From the NCBI GenBank assembly GCA_964615345.1, contig CAZTMR010000002.1, positions 17,428-81,427 on the forward strand: a DNA stretch of 64,000 nt. The letters run 5' to 3'. This DNA comes from an uncultured Dehalococcoidaceae bacterium (GTDB lineage Bacteria > Chloroflexota > Dehalococcoidia > Dehalococcoidales > RBG-16-60-22). The translations under genes were made by a program, and so were the position numbers. Position 1 is the first letter of the stretch. The number at the start of each line of letters is the position of its first letter. Positions 53,652 to 62,600 of the stretch are shown here, in pieces. The notes below the pieces were generated by a model, which saw nothing but the letters and a program-made list of their open reading frames with translations, was not told where the DNA came from and searched no databases.

Positions 53652-54748
53652 GTTTTCCTTTCCAAACGCCTTATCCGGTCCAGCCGTTTCCGGGCGCCGG
53701 TCTTCTCGCCCAGCCCGAGCTTTGCCCGGTCTACGGCCCGGGAGAGGAACTCAATGCTCTGGTCATAGGTCTTCCGGTCCACCGGGTAGGGGATTCCGTC
53801 CTTGCCGCCGTGGGCGAAGCTGTAGCGGGCGGGGTCGTGGTAGCTGGGCGCCACCCCGTGCACCAGCTCGGAAATCAGGCTCAGGGCGCGGATGGTTCTG
53901 GCGCCGATTCCGGAGAGCCCGAGCAAACGCTCGAAGTTTTCCGGCTGGCGCTCATAGGCGCTCAACAGTATGCGGACGAGACTGTCCGGGTGCAGGTCTT
54001 TTATCATTATCCGGTGGCGCGCCGGAAGGGTCAGCGTTTTCAGTTTCTTCAGTTCGGCCAGGGTCTTTTCCGGTTTTTCTCCGGCGGCAATCCCGGCGAT
54101 GGTACTCCGCGCCGGGTCGCTCTCCTTTGCCACCAGGTTGAGCGCCCGCCCTCTAGCCGCAGACTGGACGGCGGCGTGCGGCTCGTTGACAAAATCGGTT
54201 ACCGCCTCGCTCAGCCAGTGGTAGCGGCGGGCGTAGCGGTTTGACTCGTTCATGCCCTGCTGGACCACCGCCCAGCTGCCGCGAGAGGTAAAAAGAAAAT
54301 TGTGATGGTAGAGCTGGTAGCCGTCCTGTACCGCCGCGCTGTCCACCTTGGCGGACATCCGGCTGGCGTAGACCAGCGGCGCCGGTTCCAGAGCCACCTT
54401 TTCTCCCCAGTCCTCTATCTCCGCCGGCGTCCGCCGCGAAGTCCTGCCCTTACCCCCGGCGACGAAGAGGCCGATATCCCGCTCCACACCGCGGACCCCC
54501 TCTTTCAGGGCGCCGCACAGGGTGGTGGTCACCCCGCTGCTATGCCAGTCAAAGCCCAGGATACAACCGAAAGCCTGGAACCAGTGGGGACTGGATATCC
54601 GGCGCAGCATTTCTTCCGCGCCGTAGTCCGCGATGACGGCCAGCGTAATCTCGCGCGCCAGCCTGACCATACGCTGGAAAAGCCAGGGAGGCGCCTTTCC
54701 GTAGTGGAGAGGCAGATTGGCGATGCCGGTCCTGGCGGGCGCGCTCAT
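53648..54748 (-). CDS. DUF763-family protein
   Basis: 'GIANLPLHYGKAPPWLFQRMVRLAREI', 'SPHWFQAFGCILGFDWHSSGVTTT' as I recall for DUF763; helix-hairpin-helix-like 'LLGLSGIGARTIRAL'. Confidence 0.75.
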   Translation of the reverse strand: MSAPARTGIANLPLHYGKAPPWLFQRMVRLAREITLAVIADYGAEEMLRRISSPHWFQAFGCILGFDWHSSGVTTTLCGALKEGVRGVERDIGLFVAGGKGRTSRRTPAEIEDWGEKVALEPAPLVYASRMSAKVDSAAVQDGYQLYHHNFLFTSRGSWAVVQQGMNESNRYARRYHWLSEAVTDFVNEPHAAVQSAARGRALNLVAKESDPARSTIAGIAAGEKPEKTLAELKKLKTLTLPARHRIMIKDLHPDSLVRILLSAYERQPENFERLLGLSGIGARTIRALSLISELVHGVAPSYHDPARYSFAHGGKDGIPYPVDRKTYDQSIEFLSRAVDRAKLGLGEKTGARKRLDRIRRLERKT

Positions 54749-54766
54749 GACAACCGCACCTCCCGC

Positions 54767-55003
54767 TCAGGGGCCGCAGGTGCCGCAGCTACCGGCGCTG
54801 CAGCCGCCGCAGGAACTCCCCGCACCGGCGACAGAAGTGACCAGGCCGGAATCATCTTTGGAAAAGGCGGCGCAGGCGGAAACGGTCCGCGAGGCGTTCT
54901 TTTCGCAGTTCGGGCACTCGGCTGCTTCGTCCGCCTGACTGAAGGAGCGCAGCAGCTCGAACTTCGTATTGCATTCCGGGCATACGTACTCGTAAATCGG
55001 CAT
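54767..55003 (-). CDS. FmdB-family zinc-ribbon protein
   Basis: 'MPIYEYVCPECNTKFELLRSFSQADEAAECPNC' plus a Cys/Gly-rich tail 'SCGGCSAGSCGTCG'. Confidence 0.8.
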   Translation of the reverse strand: MPIYEYVCPECNTKFELLRSFSQADEAAECPNCEKNASRTVSACAAFSKDDSGLVTSVAGAGSSCGGCSAGSCGTCGP

Positions 55004-55093
55004 TGTTCTCTCCCCGTTTTCCATTTTAGGCCTTTTCCGGCGTCAGGGCAAATCAGCCGCCGCCGTGGCGCTCGCTTCCTTTTTGGTGTTAAA

Positions 55094-55966
55094 ATGAAAA
55101 CGGTTGAGATAAAAAACAGCGCCGAGGAAACTGTCTTGAGCAGACATCCTTATAAGCTTCTGGTAATCGATATCGACGGCACGCTGATCGACCGGGCCGG
55201 CCGCATTTCCGCGGCCAACCGGCGGGCGCTGGCCCGGGTGCGGGAGATGGGCATACCGGTCTCCATCTGCACCGGACGCGGCGCCCAGGCCTGCCAGGGC
55301 TACATCAAAGAACTCTCCCTGGACAGTCACCACGTCTTCTGTGACGGCGCTCTGGTAAGTAGTTCCGACCAGCGCCGGGAAATCCACGCCCGCCCCATCG
55401 GTCCGCCGCTGGTCAGGCAAATGACCGGAATGGCCCGCCAGCACGGCCTCAACCTGGAGCTTTTCTCGACCACCCGTTATCTCGTCGAGCGCGAGACCTG
55501 GTCAACCGGCGCCCACCGGGACTTTTTCGGCATCGAACCGACGATTATCGATTTTTCCCGGGCCTGGGAGAGGGAAAGAATCATCAAGGGAGGCCTGGTC
55601 ACCACCAGCCCGGATGAAGTCACCCGGGCGCGTGACTTCTGCGATTGCTTTGCGGAAACTCTCCGCTTTTCCTGGGCCACCACCCCCGCCTATCCCGGAG
55701 TTTATTTCATCAATATCCTGGACCCCGGTGCCTCCAAGGGCAGCGCCCTGCGAGCCCTGACCGCGCACCTGGGCATTTCCACGGAGGAGGTTATCGCCGT
55801 GGGCGATGGCGACAACGACATCTCGCTCCTGTCAACGGCCGGCCTGGCGGTGGCCATGGGTAACGCTCCCGAACCGGTCAAGGCGGTGGCCGACTATATA
55901 ACGCTGGACGTGGAGGAAAGCGGACTGGCAGCGGCGATTGAAAGGTTTCTGCTTCCGGCGGAGTAA
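55094..55966 (+). CDS. Cof-type HAD-IIB phosphatase
   Basis: 'LLVIDIDGTLID', 'ICTGRG', 'GASKGSAL', 'VIAVGDGDNDISLL'. Only the 3' part of the 554-aa track ORF is credible (ATG 55094). Confidence 0.85.
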   Translation: MKTVEIKNSAEETVLSRHPYKLLVIDIDGTLIDRAGRISAANRRALARVREMGIPVSICTGRGAQACQGYIKELSLDSHHVFCDGALVSSSDQRREIHARPIGPPLVRQMTGMARQHGLNLELFSTTRYLVERETWSTGAHRDFFGIEPTIIDFSRAWERERIIKGGLVTTSPDEVTRARDFCDCFAETLRFSWATTPAYPGVYFINILDPGASKGSALRALTAHLGISTEEVIAVGDGDNDISLLSTAGLAVAMGNAPEPVKAVADYITLDVEESGLAAAIERFLLPAE

Positions 55967-55994
55967 TCCGCCGGGATTCCCCGTCCGAAGCAGC

Positions 55995-56774
55995 TTACCC
56001 GGTACGGGCGCTCAGGTACATGCTGATGGCGCCGCAGACTGCCACGTTCAGGGACTCCGCCTTCTCCCGCACGATGGGAATCCTCACCCCGGCGTCAGCC
56101 ATCTCCCGCACCGCTCCGGAAAGCCCGGCGGCTTCATTCCCCAGGGCCAGCAGCAGTTTCTTCCGGTCAGGCAGCACGGAAGGCTCCGATTCTCCGTCCG
56201 GATCCGTGGCCGCCAGAAAAAAACCGTTTTCCCTCAGCCTCTGCGTCATCTCCAGGTAAGCCTCCGTCCTTCTCAGCCAGACGGACAGCACGGAGCCGGC
56301 CGTCGCCTGTACACACTTGGGGGAAAGGGGGTCGGCGCATTTCCGGCTCAAGATAACCCCGGAAAAACCAAAAGCCGCCGCCGTACGTATCAGCGTCCCC
56401 GTATTTCCCGGGTCCTGAATGTCTTCCAGCAGCAGGATTTTTTCCCCGACAGTTTCCGGCAGCCGATGGGAATAAATGCCGGCGGGCGATTTTACCACGG
56501 CCAGGACACCCTGGGGGGTGCGGGTACTGGAGATGTAATCCAGCTGGCTGCCGGTAACCGCCCGCGCCGGGAAAGCGCGGTAGGACGGAAGCATTTCTTC
56601 CCGGGCAAGTATCTCGATTATCTCCCCGGGATGGTTCTCGATGAGATGCCGGACGGCTTTCTCTCCTTCCAGCAGGAAGGCGTCCGCTTCCCGCCGGCCT
56701 TTCCCCGTAGCCAGTTTCCGGTACCACCTGAGCGGTCGCTGCGGCCCTCTGCCGCCTTCCGCTGCTGGCTTCAT
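55995..56774 (-). CDS. TrmH/SpoU-family RNA 2'-O-methyltransferase
   Basis: 'LLEDIQDPGNTGTLIRTAAAFG', 'LALGNEAAGLS', 'IPIVREKAESLNVAVCGAISMY'. Confidence 0.85.
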   Translation of the reverse strand: MKPAAEGGRGPQRPLRWYRKLATGKGRREADAFLLEGEKAVRHLIENHPGEIIEILAREEMLPSYRAFPARAVTGSQLDYISSTRTPQGVLAVVKSPAGIYSHRLPETVGEKILLLEDIQDPGNTGTLIRTAAAFGFSGVILSRKCADPLSPKCVQATAGSVLSVWLRRTEAYLEMTQRLRENGFFLAATDPDGESEPSVLPDRKKLLLALGNEAAGLSGAVREMADAGVRIPIVREKAESLNVAVCGAISMYLSARTG

Positions 56775-56831
56775 ACTACTCGCCTTTAAACCCGGCGTTG
56801 CCAGGCTGGTTTTCCGGCAACACAGACCCGG

Positions 56832-57047
56832 CTACCGGCGGAACAGCCGCTTCCACCAAGGAGTTTTGGCGCCATACCCCTTGACAACAAAGATATGTTC
56901 GCATTTTCCGCAGCGCCAGGTCTGGAACTGTTTGTTGTAATAGGTATCGGCGCTACCGCAGCGCGGACAGGTGGTCCGTATCTTGCGCGCCGTGTCCTTA
57001 TCCATGTTTTCCCAGTAACCTTCATACCACCCGGGACGAGTGGGCAT
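56832..57047 (-). CDS. 71-aa zinc-ribbon protein, unknown function
   Basis: 'CPRCGS...WRCGKCEH' form two CxxC pairs. A strong GGAGGAGG SD lies upstream of ATG 57047. Confidence 0.6.
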   Translation of the reverse strand: MPTRPGWYEGYWENMDKDTARKIRTTCPRCGSADTYYNKQFQTWRCGKCEHIFVVKGYGAKTPWWKRLFRR

Positions 57048-57133
57048 AATAGCCTCCTCCGGTCATTCCGGCACTTTTCACTGCCCGGCAGTCTCTCCTC
57101 CGGACCCGCTACAGCCGGTCATCCCTAACCCGG

Positions 57134-58111
57134 CTACATATGCAGCTCGATAACGTCGCCGTCTTCCAGGACGTGGTCCCGCTTCACCATTATACCATCG
57201 TGCTTGCCGGAACCCCACAGCCGGGCGTACTTCAGCCGGGCGCGGAAGTCCTTGTGCACGGACTCCGCGGCATCAGCCATGGTGCCGCCCCTTTCCAGGA
57301 TTATCGGTTCGGTGAAGTCCGGCTTCTGGCCGGGCGCCTTGGTATACACCCGAATAATATTCAGCAGCTCGTAGACCTGCCGCCGCAGCTCCTCCAGCCC
57401 GCTCCCTTTCAGCGCCGAGATAGCCGCCAGCGCCAGCCGCTCCCCGTACCGGCGCCTCAGCACATCATAGTTTTTCCCGGCGCCTTCCGTGTCCAGCTTA
57501 TTGCCGGCAATCAGCACCCGCTTCTCCTCCAGGATACCCTCCGCATCACCCTGCGGGATGCCTATAATCCCGATGCGCAGATTTTCCAGCTGGGAGATAA
57601 TTTCTTCCATCTGGGCCAGCGGCTTCTGGCTCAAATCCACCATTACCAGCAGCGCGTCCGCCCGCCTGAGTATGGGGGGCAGCCACCATTCAATCGCCTG
57701 CGGGGCCAGGGGCGGCGTATCAATCAACTGTATCTGGATATTTTCGAACTCCATCATCGCCGGGCTGGCCGCGTAGGTGGTGAAGGGATATTCGGCCACC
57801 ATCGGCTGGGCGTTGGTGGTGCTGGCCACCAGCTGTGATTTGCCCGCGCTGGGCAGCCCGACGACGGCCACCTGCCCGGCCCCTTCTCGCTCTATCATCA
57901 TCGAAGACCTCTGTCCGCCGCTTTTTTTGGCGGACGCCTGGGTCAGCTTTGCGATGCGGCTTCTCAGTTCGGCGCGGAGATGGTCCGTTCCCTTGTGCTT
58001 GGGCATTATCGCCAGCATCTCTTCCAGGGCAGCTATCTTCTCTCCGGGGCTTTTTGCCGCCCGGTAGACCTTTTCCGCTTCAAAGTACTGCGGGGGTAGA
58101 TTGGTCGGCAC
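57134..58111 (-). CDS. DRG/OBG-like GTPase with C-terminal TGS domain
   Basis: N-terminal 'MPKHKGTDHLRAELRSRIAKL', G1 'VVGLPSAGKSQL', G3 'DTPP', G4 'NKLD', TGS 'IRVYTKAPGQKPDF...LEDGDVIELH'. GTG start abuts the uvrC stop; GAAGGAGG SD. Confidence 0.8.
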   Translation of the reverse strand: MPTNLPPQYFEAEKVYRAAKSPGEKIAALEEMLAIMPKHKGTDHLRAELRSRIAKLTQASAKKSGGQRSSMMIEREGAGQVAVVGLPSAGKSQLVASTTNAQPMVAEYPFTTYAASPAMMEFENIQIQLIDTPPLAPQAIEWWLPPILRRADALLVMVDLSQKPLAQMEEIISQLENLRIGIIGIPQGDAEGILEEKRVLIAGNKLDTEGAGKNYDVLRRRYGERLALAAISALKGSGLEELRRQVYELLNIIRVYTKAPGQKPDFTEPIILERGGTMADAAESVHKDFRARLKYARLWGSGKHDGIMVKRDHVLEDGDVIELHM

Positions 58112-59950
58112 TTACAAAGCCTCCTTCACTGCCCGGGCCAGCGTTTCCGTAATCTTTCCCGCGGCCGCCAGCTCTGCCACCGGTGCTTCCCGGATTGCCC
58201 TTACCGAGCCGAACGCTCTCAGCAGGGCCCGTCTCCGCTTCGGCCCGATTCCCGGCACTCCTTCCAGAGCGGAGCCGAAAGTCCGGCGCCGGTGCACTTG
58301 CTGGAAATAGGTTACGGCAAAGCGGTGCGCCTCGTCCCGCAGCCGTTCCAGCAGCTGCAGGCCCGGAGAGCTACGGCTCAGCACTACCGGTTCTGGCCTG
58401 CCGGGAAGGAAGATTTCCTCATTTTCTTTGGCGAGGCTGACCACCGGCACCGAGGTCACGTCCAGCGCCGCCATGGCCGCCACCGCGGCGTTGAGCTGCC
58501 CCTTACCGCCATCGATAAGCACCAGGTCCGGCATAACCGTCCAGCCGTTGCCGCCGGGGCCTGCCCCGGCGGCACGCCGGAAACGCCGCCTGATTACCTC
58601 GCGCAGCATAGCGTAGTCGTCAGCCCCGGCCACCGTCCGGATGCTGAAGCGCCGGTAATGGGCCGGTTTCGATTTTCCGTTCTCGAAGACCACCATGCTC
58701 CCTACCGCTGACTGGCCCTGAATATTGGAGATATCATAGGCTTCCATCCGCTCCGGCAGGCCGAGCAGTCCGAGTTCTCTTTCAATCTCCTCAAGGGCGA
58801 TTTCCAGCACCCTGGGACCGCTCAACTGCTTTATTTTGAGCTGCTCCAGACCGTAGCGGGCGTTCTCGGCGACGATATCGATTAGCTGTTTTTTCACCCC
58901 GCGCCGGGGCACCTGGAGACCCACCGGGCCGCCGCGTTTGGCTTCCAGCCACTCTTTGATGACCCCGGCGTCTTCCGGGGGGTGCTGCAACAGCAGCCGC
59001 GGCGGGACCTGGGGGCTGGCGCTGTAAAACTGCTGGATGAAATCGGCCATTATCCGGGAAGGCATTTCCTGCCGGGTACCCCGCAGCACGAAACTCTCCC
59101 GCCCCGTCAGCCGGTTGTTCCGCACCAGAAAAACCTGCACGTAAGCCTGGTCCCGGTCCCGGACAAAAGCGATGGCGTCCTGTTCGCCCCGTACCGTCGC
59201 GGCTATCTTCTGCCCTTCGATTACCCCTCTTATCGATTGCACCTGGTCACGCAGTCGCGCCGCCCGCTCGAAGTCCAGTTCATCCGCCGCCCGTTTCATC
59301 TTGCGCTCCAGCTCCCGGACTATTTTTTCCTGCTTGCCTTCCAGAAAGAGGACCACCTCTTTTATCACCTCGTCGTACTCCCGGCGGTTGACCGCTCCGA
59401 TGCAGGGAGCCACGCAATGCCCGAGGTAATATTCCAGGCAGACACGCGTATCCGTACCGGTGATTTTACGGCTGCAGTTACGAAAAGGGAAAATCCGCTT
59501 GATAACTTTAAGCGTCTGCTTCAGTGACCGGGCGCTGGCAAAGGGCCCGAAATAACGCGCCCCGTCCGGCTCCAGCCGCCGGGTGCTGTAAACCCGCGGC
59601 CACTCTTCGTTGGTGCTTATCTTCAGGTAGGGAAAAGACTTGTCATCCTTGAGGTTGACGTTATAGTACGGGTGGTGCCTTTTTATCAGGGTGGCTTCCA
59701 GGATGAGCGCCTCCTGCTCGGACGAGGTTACATAGAAATCTATGTCCGCCACCCGGGACACCATGCTCTCCATCTTCGGCGTCAGCTTCTGCCCGGCACC
59801 GAAATAAGACCTCACCCGGTGGTACAGATTGGCCGCCTTCCCCACGTAGAGGATGCTTCCTGCAGCGTCACGCATCTGGTAGACACCGGGGCTGGCCGGT
59901 ATCCGGTTCAGCTGTTCTGCCACGGGGCTTTCCGCCGCCTTCACGCTCAT
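58112..59950 (-). CDS. uvrC: Excinuclease ABC subunit C
   Basis: GIY-YIG 'GVYQMRDAAGSILYVGKA..L..RV.SYF', UvrBC-interaction region, C-terminal (HhH)2 'LEGVPGIGPKRRRALLRAFGS'. Confidence 0.95.
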   Translation of the reverse strand: MSVKAAESPVAEQLNRIPASPGVYQMRDAAGSILYVGKAANLYHRVRSYFGAGQKLTPKMESMVSRVADIDFYVTSSEQEALILEATLIKRHHPYYNVNLKDDKSFPYLKISTNEEWPRVYSTRRLEPDGARYFGPFASARSLKQTLKVIKRIFPFRNCSRKITGTDTRVCLEYYLGHCVAPCIGAVNRREYDEVIKEVVLFLEGKQEKIVRELERKMKRAADELDFERAARLRDQVQSIRGVIEGQKIAATVRGEQDAIAFVRDRDQAYVQVFLVRNNRLTGRESFVLRGTRQEMPSRIMADFIQQFYSASPQVPPRLLLQHPPEDAGVIKEWLEAKRGGPVGLQVPRRGVKKQLIDIVAENARYGLEQLKIKQLSGPRVLEIALEEIERELGLLGLPERMEAYDISNIQGQSAVGSMVVFENGKSKPAHYRRFSIRTVAGADDYAMLREVIRRRFRRAAGAGPGGNGWTVMPDLVLIDGGKGQLNAAVAAMAALDVTSVPVVSLAKENEEIFLPGRPEPVVLSRSSPGLQLLERLRDEAHRFAVTYFQQVHRRRTFGSALEGVPGIGPKRRRALLRAFGSVRAIREAPVAELAAAGKITETLARAVKEAL

Positions 59951-60154
59951 TTTACCTCCCTGATTATTCTAACACAGCCCGCGGAAGAGACGAAACGCGC
60001 CCGGAGACGGCTATCCGCCACCCGGCAGGGCGAAATATGTACCCGGACTTCTTTTTTCCCGGGAAATATTATGCAAATCTGTTTACGTTATGTTAAAATA
60101 CTACCGCGGCCGGAAAAGGTCCGCCTGCCAAATAAATTATGCGAGGAGAGTGCG

Positions 60155-61096
60155 GTGATAGAAGAGATTAACAGCTTTATCAATTATCTCACCGTGGAAA
60201 AAGGTTTTTCCGGTAATACGACCGCCGCCTACTATAACGATTTGACCCAGCTCGCCGGGTTTGCCGAGCGGGAAGCCGCCGGGAAAGGCGTTATTCCGTC
60301 CTGGGCTGACTTCACCCGGCAGGACATGCTGAGCTATATGCTCGACCTCAAGGAAAGAAACTACGCGCCCACCACCCTCGCCCGCAAAATCGCCGCCACC
60401 CGGTCATTTTTCGCCTTCCTGGTAGCGGAGGGGGCTGTCAAGGCCGACCCTACCGAGAATATGGGCTCGCCCGCGGTGGGAAAATCGCTGCCCAAGCCGA
60501 TTTCCATCAGCCAGGTACGCGACCTTCTGGAGCAACCGGACAAGCTCAACACCCTGGAAGCGAAAAGGGACAAGGCGATGCTCGAGCTGCTCTACGCCAG
60601 CGGGATGAGAATCAGCGAGATGGTAGCCCTGAACCTGGGTGACGTGGACACCGCCGGCGGCTCCGTGCGCTGCTTCGGCAAGGGCCACAAGGAACGCATC
60701 GTTCCCATCCACGAACAGGCGGCCCGCGCCGTACAGCGCTACCTCGACGAGGCCCGCCCCAAAATGACCCACCGTAAAGACGAGGTGGCCCTCTTCCTCA
60801 ATCCCCGCGGCGACCGGCTCACCCGCCAGGGTTTCTGGCAGAAGCTGAAAGAGTACGCCCGGTCCGCCGGACTTGACTCCCAGATTAGCCCGCACACCCT
60901 GAGACACAGCTTTGCCACCCACATGCTCAGCGGCGGCGCGGACCTGAGAGCAGTGCAGGAGCTGCTGGGACACGCCAATATCTCCACCACGCAGATTTAC
61001 ACCCATCTCACTTCAGAACACGTCCGGCGCGCTTACGAAAAAGCCCATCCCAGGGCCAAAGCAAAGGGACCAGAAAAGTCCGCCCGGACGGATTAA
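60155..61096 (+). CDS. xerD: Tyrosine recombinase XerC/XerD type
   Basis: 'INYLTVEKGFSGNTTAAYYNDL', 'LYASGMRISEMVAL', 'HTLRHSFATHML', 'LGHANISTTQIYTH' (R-H-R-Y). GTG 60155 has a GAGGAGAG SD. XerC versus XerD cannot be resolved by eye. Confidence 0.85.
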   Translation: MIEEINSFINYLTVEKGFSGNTTAAYYNDLTQLAGFAEREAAGKGVIPSWADFTRQDMLSYMLDLKERNYAPTTLARKIAATRSFFAFLVAEGAVKADPTENMGSPAVGKSLPKPISISQVRDLLEQPDKLNTLEAKRDKAMLELLYASGMRISEMVALNLGDVDTAGGSVRCFGKGHKERIVPIHEQAARAVQRYLDEARPKMTHRKDEVALFLNPRGDRLTRQGFWQKLKEYARSAGLDSQISPHTLRHSFATHMLSGGADLRAVQELLGHANISTTQIYTHLTSEHVRRAYEKAHPRAKAKGPEKSARTD

Positions 61097-61111
61097 GGAG
61101 AAGTTTGACCG

Positions 61112-61369
61112 ATGCCGAAAAAATCACGCCGCGCGAAAACGTTAAAGCACCAGAGAAGACAGGGAAAAGCGTTTACCTCCGCCGGAGATGCACCGGCGGC
61201 TCCCGCAGAAAAGGCGCCAGCGCCGGCTGCTTCCGCCAAGGCTCCCACCCACCGCCGGACGGCCGCCGGGTCCAGGTACCCTTACGTTACCGCGGAGCTG
61301 CGCCGGATCGGCTTGCTGGCCGCCGTCATGCTGGCCGTTCTTATCCTGCTGGCGCTGATCCTTTCCTGA
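61112..61369 (+). CDS. Small basic Ala/Pro-rich protein with C-terminal TM anchor (85 aa)
   Basis: 'MPKKSRRAKTLKHQRRQGK...', then 'RRIGLLAAVMLAVLILLALILS'. Compact spacing between xerD and pcm. No family recognised. Confidence 0.45.
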   Translation: MPKKSRRAKTLKHQRRQGKAFTSAGDAPAAPAEKAPAPAASAKAPTHRRTAAGSRYPYVTAELRRIGLLAAVMLAVLILLALILS

Positions 61370-61382
61370 TTCTTACGGACAG

Positions 61383-62018
61383 TTGGACATGGAATATACC
61401 GCGGCCAGAACCAGGTTAATTGAAAGCCTCGACAGCCAGATTACGGACAAGCGGGTACTGGCGGCGATGTCCCGCGTGCCGCGGGAGCTTTTCATCCCGG
61501 AATTGAGCCGCCACCTCGCCTATGAGGATATTCCGCTGCCCATCGGGCTGGAGCAGACCATTTCCCAGCCTTTCATCATCGCCCTGATGACCCAGGCGCT
61601 GGAGCTTAGCGGCAGAGAAAAGGTGCTCGAGCTGGGCACCGGCAGCGGTTACCAGACCGCCATCCTCGCCGAACTGGCCCGGCGGGTGGTCACCGTGGAA
61701 CGCCTGCCCGCCCTCTCCGAGGCCGCCGCAAAAAAGCTTCATGAGCTGGGCTACGGTAACATAGAAACACACATTTCCACGGAAAGCCTGGGCTGGCCGA
61801 AAGAGGCCCCGTATGACGCCATCCTGGTCACCGCCGGAGCCCCCCGGGTACCCCCGGAGCTACTCGCCCAGCTGGCCATCGGCGGGCGAATGGTTATACC
61901 CGTAGGCTCCCGGTACCTGCAGGAACTGCAAAAAATCACCCGCCGGGAAAAGAACCACCTGGTGGAAAGTCTGGGGGGCTGCCGCTTTGTCTCCCTCATC
62001 GGCAAAAACGCCTGGTAA
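61383..62018 (+). CDS. pcm: Protein-L-isoaspartate O-methyltransferase
   Basis: 'QTISQPFIIALM', 'VLELGTGSGYQTA', 'PYDAILVTAGAP..P..L..QL..GGRMVIPVG'. Confidence 0.9.
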   Translation: MDMEYTAARTRLIESLDSQITDKRVLAAMSRVPRELFIPELSRHLAYEDIPLPIGLEQTISQPFIIALMTQALELSGREKVLELGTGSGYQTAILAELARRVVTVERLPALSEAAAKKLHELGYGNIETHISTESLGWPKEAPYDAILVTAGAPRVPPELLAQLAIGGRMVIPVGSRYLQELQKITRREKNHLVESLGGCRFVSLIGKNAW

Positions 62019-62045
62019 AACGAAAGAGCAAGCAAAGGAGGATTC

Positions 62046-62594
62046 ATGGAAGTTCTGGACGCTATCAAAGCCAGGAGGAGTATCCGCAAGTACAAGGCTG
62101 ACCCGGTACCCGCCGACAAACTGGAGACGGTGCTGGACGCCGCCCGGCTGGCGCCTTCCTGGGCCAATACCCAGTGTGCCCGTTTTATCGTCGTGCGGGA
62201 CGGTGACACCAAGAACAAACTTGCCGCCACCCTCTCGGAAAACAACCCGGCGGCGAACGCCATCCGGAACGCCCCCGTTACCATCGTCGCCTGTGCCGAA
62301 CTGGGTAAATCGGGTTGCTCCGGGGGCGTCCCTTCCACGGACAAGGGAGACTGGTTTATGTTTGATGTGGCCCTCGCCATGCACAATCTGGTGCTGGCGG
62401 CTCAGTCACTGGGGCTGGCCACAGTCTACGTGGGCCTTTTTGACGCCGGAGAGGCCGGCCGCATCCTGGATGTCCCCGAGGGCTTCTGCGTGGTGGCGAT
62501 GACCCCCCTCGGCTATCCCGACCAGGCACGGGACCCGCGTCCCCGCAAAGAGCTCAGCGAAATCATCTTCTACGACCGCTGGGACAAGCGGTAA
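62046..62594 (+). CDS. Nitroreductase-family flavoprotein
   Basis: 'AIKARRSIRKY', 'APSWANTQ', 'DVALAMHNLVLAAQSLGLAT'. Confidence 0.85.
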   Translation: MEVLDAIKARRSIRKYKADPVPADKLETVLDAARLAPSWANTQCARFIVVRDGDTKNKLAATLSENNPAANAIRNAPVTIVACAELGKSGCSGGVPSTDKGDWFMFDVALAMHNLVLAAQSLGLATVYVGLFDAGEAGRILDVPEGFCVVAMTPLGYPDQARDPRPRKELSEIIFYDRWDKR

Positions 62595-62600
62595 GACGCC

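Noticed and set aside
54302-55093. N-terminal 264 codons of the 554-aa + strand ORF, which would fuse to the Cof-type phosphatase.
   Set aside because: This part is antisense to DUF763 and FmdB and is low-complexity (runs of AAGAAATGAAAAAG). The phosphatase homology, including the DxDGT motif, begins only after ATG 55094.
59672-60154. Long N-terminal extension of the xerD ORF, antisense to uvrC and crossing the intergenic region.
   Set aside because: Recombinase homology starts at 'IEEINSFINYL'. GTG 60155 has a GAGGAGAG SD, and the extension overlaps the uvrC 5' end and the promoter region.
60155-61096. The tyrosine recombinase as a marker of an integrated mobile element.
   Set aside because: It has full XerC/D-type motifs. 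I saw no adjacent tRNA, direct repeats, phage or IS genes, and the flanking genes (uvrC, pcm) are core.
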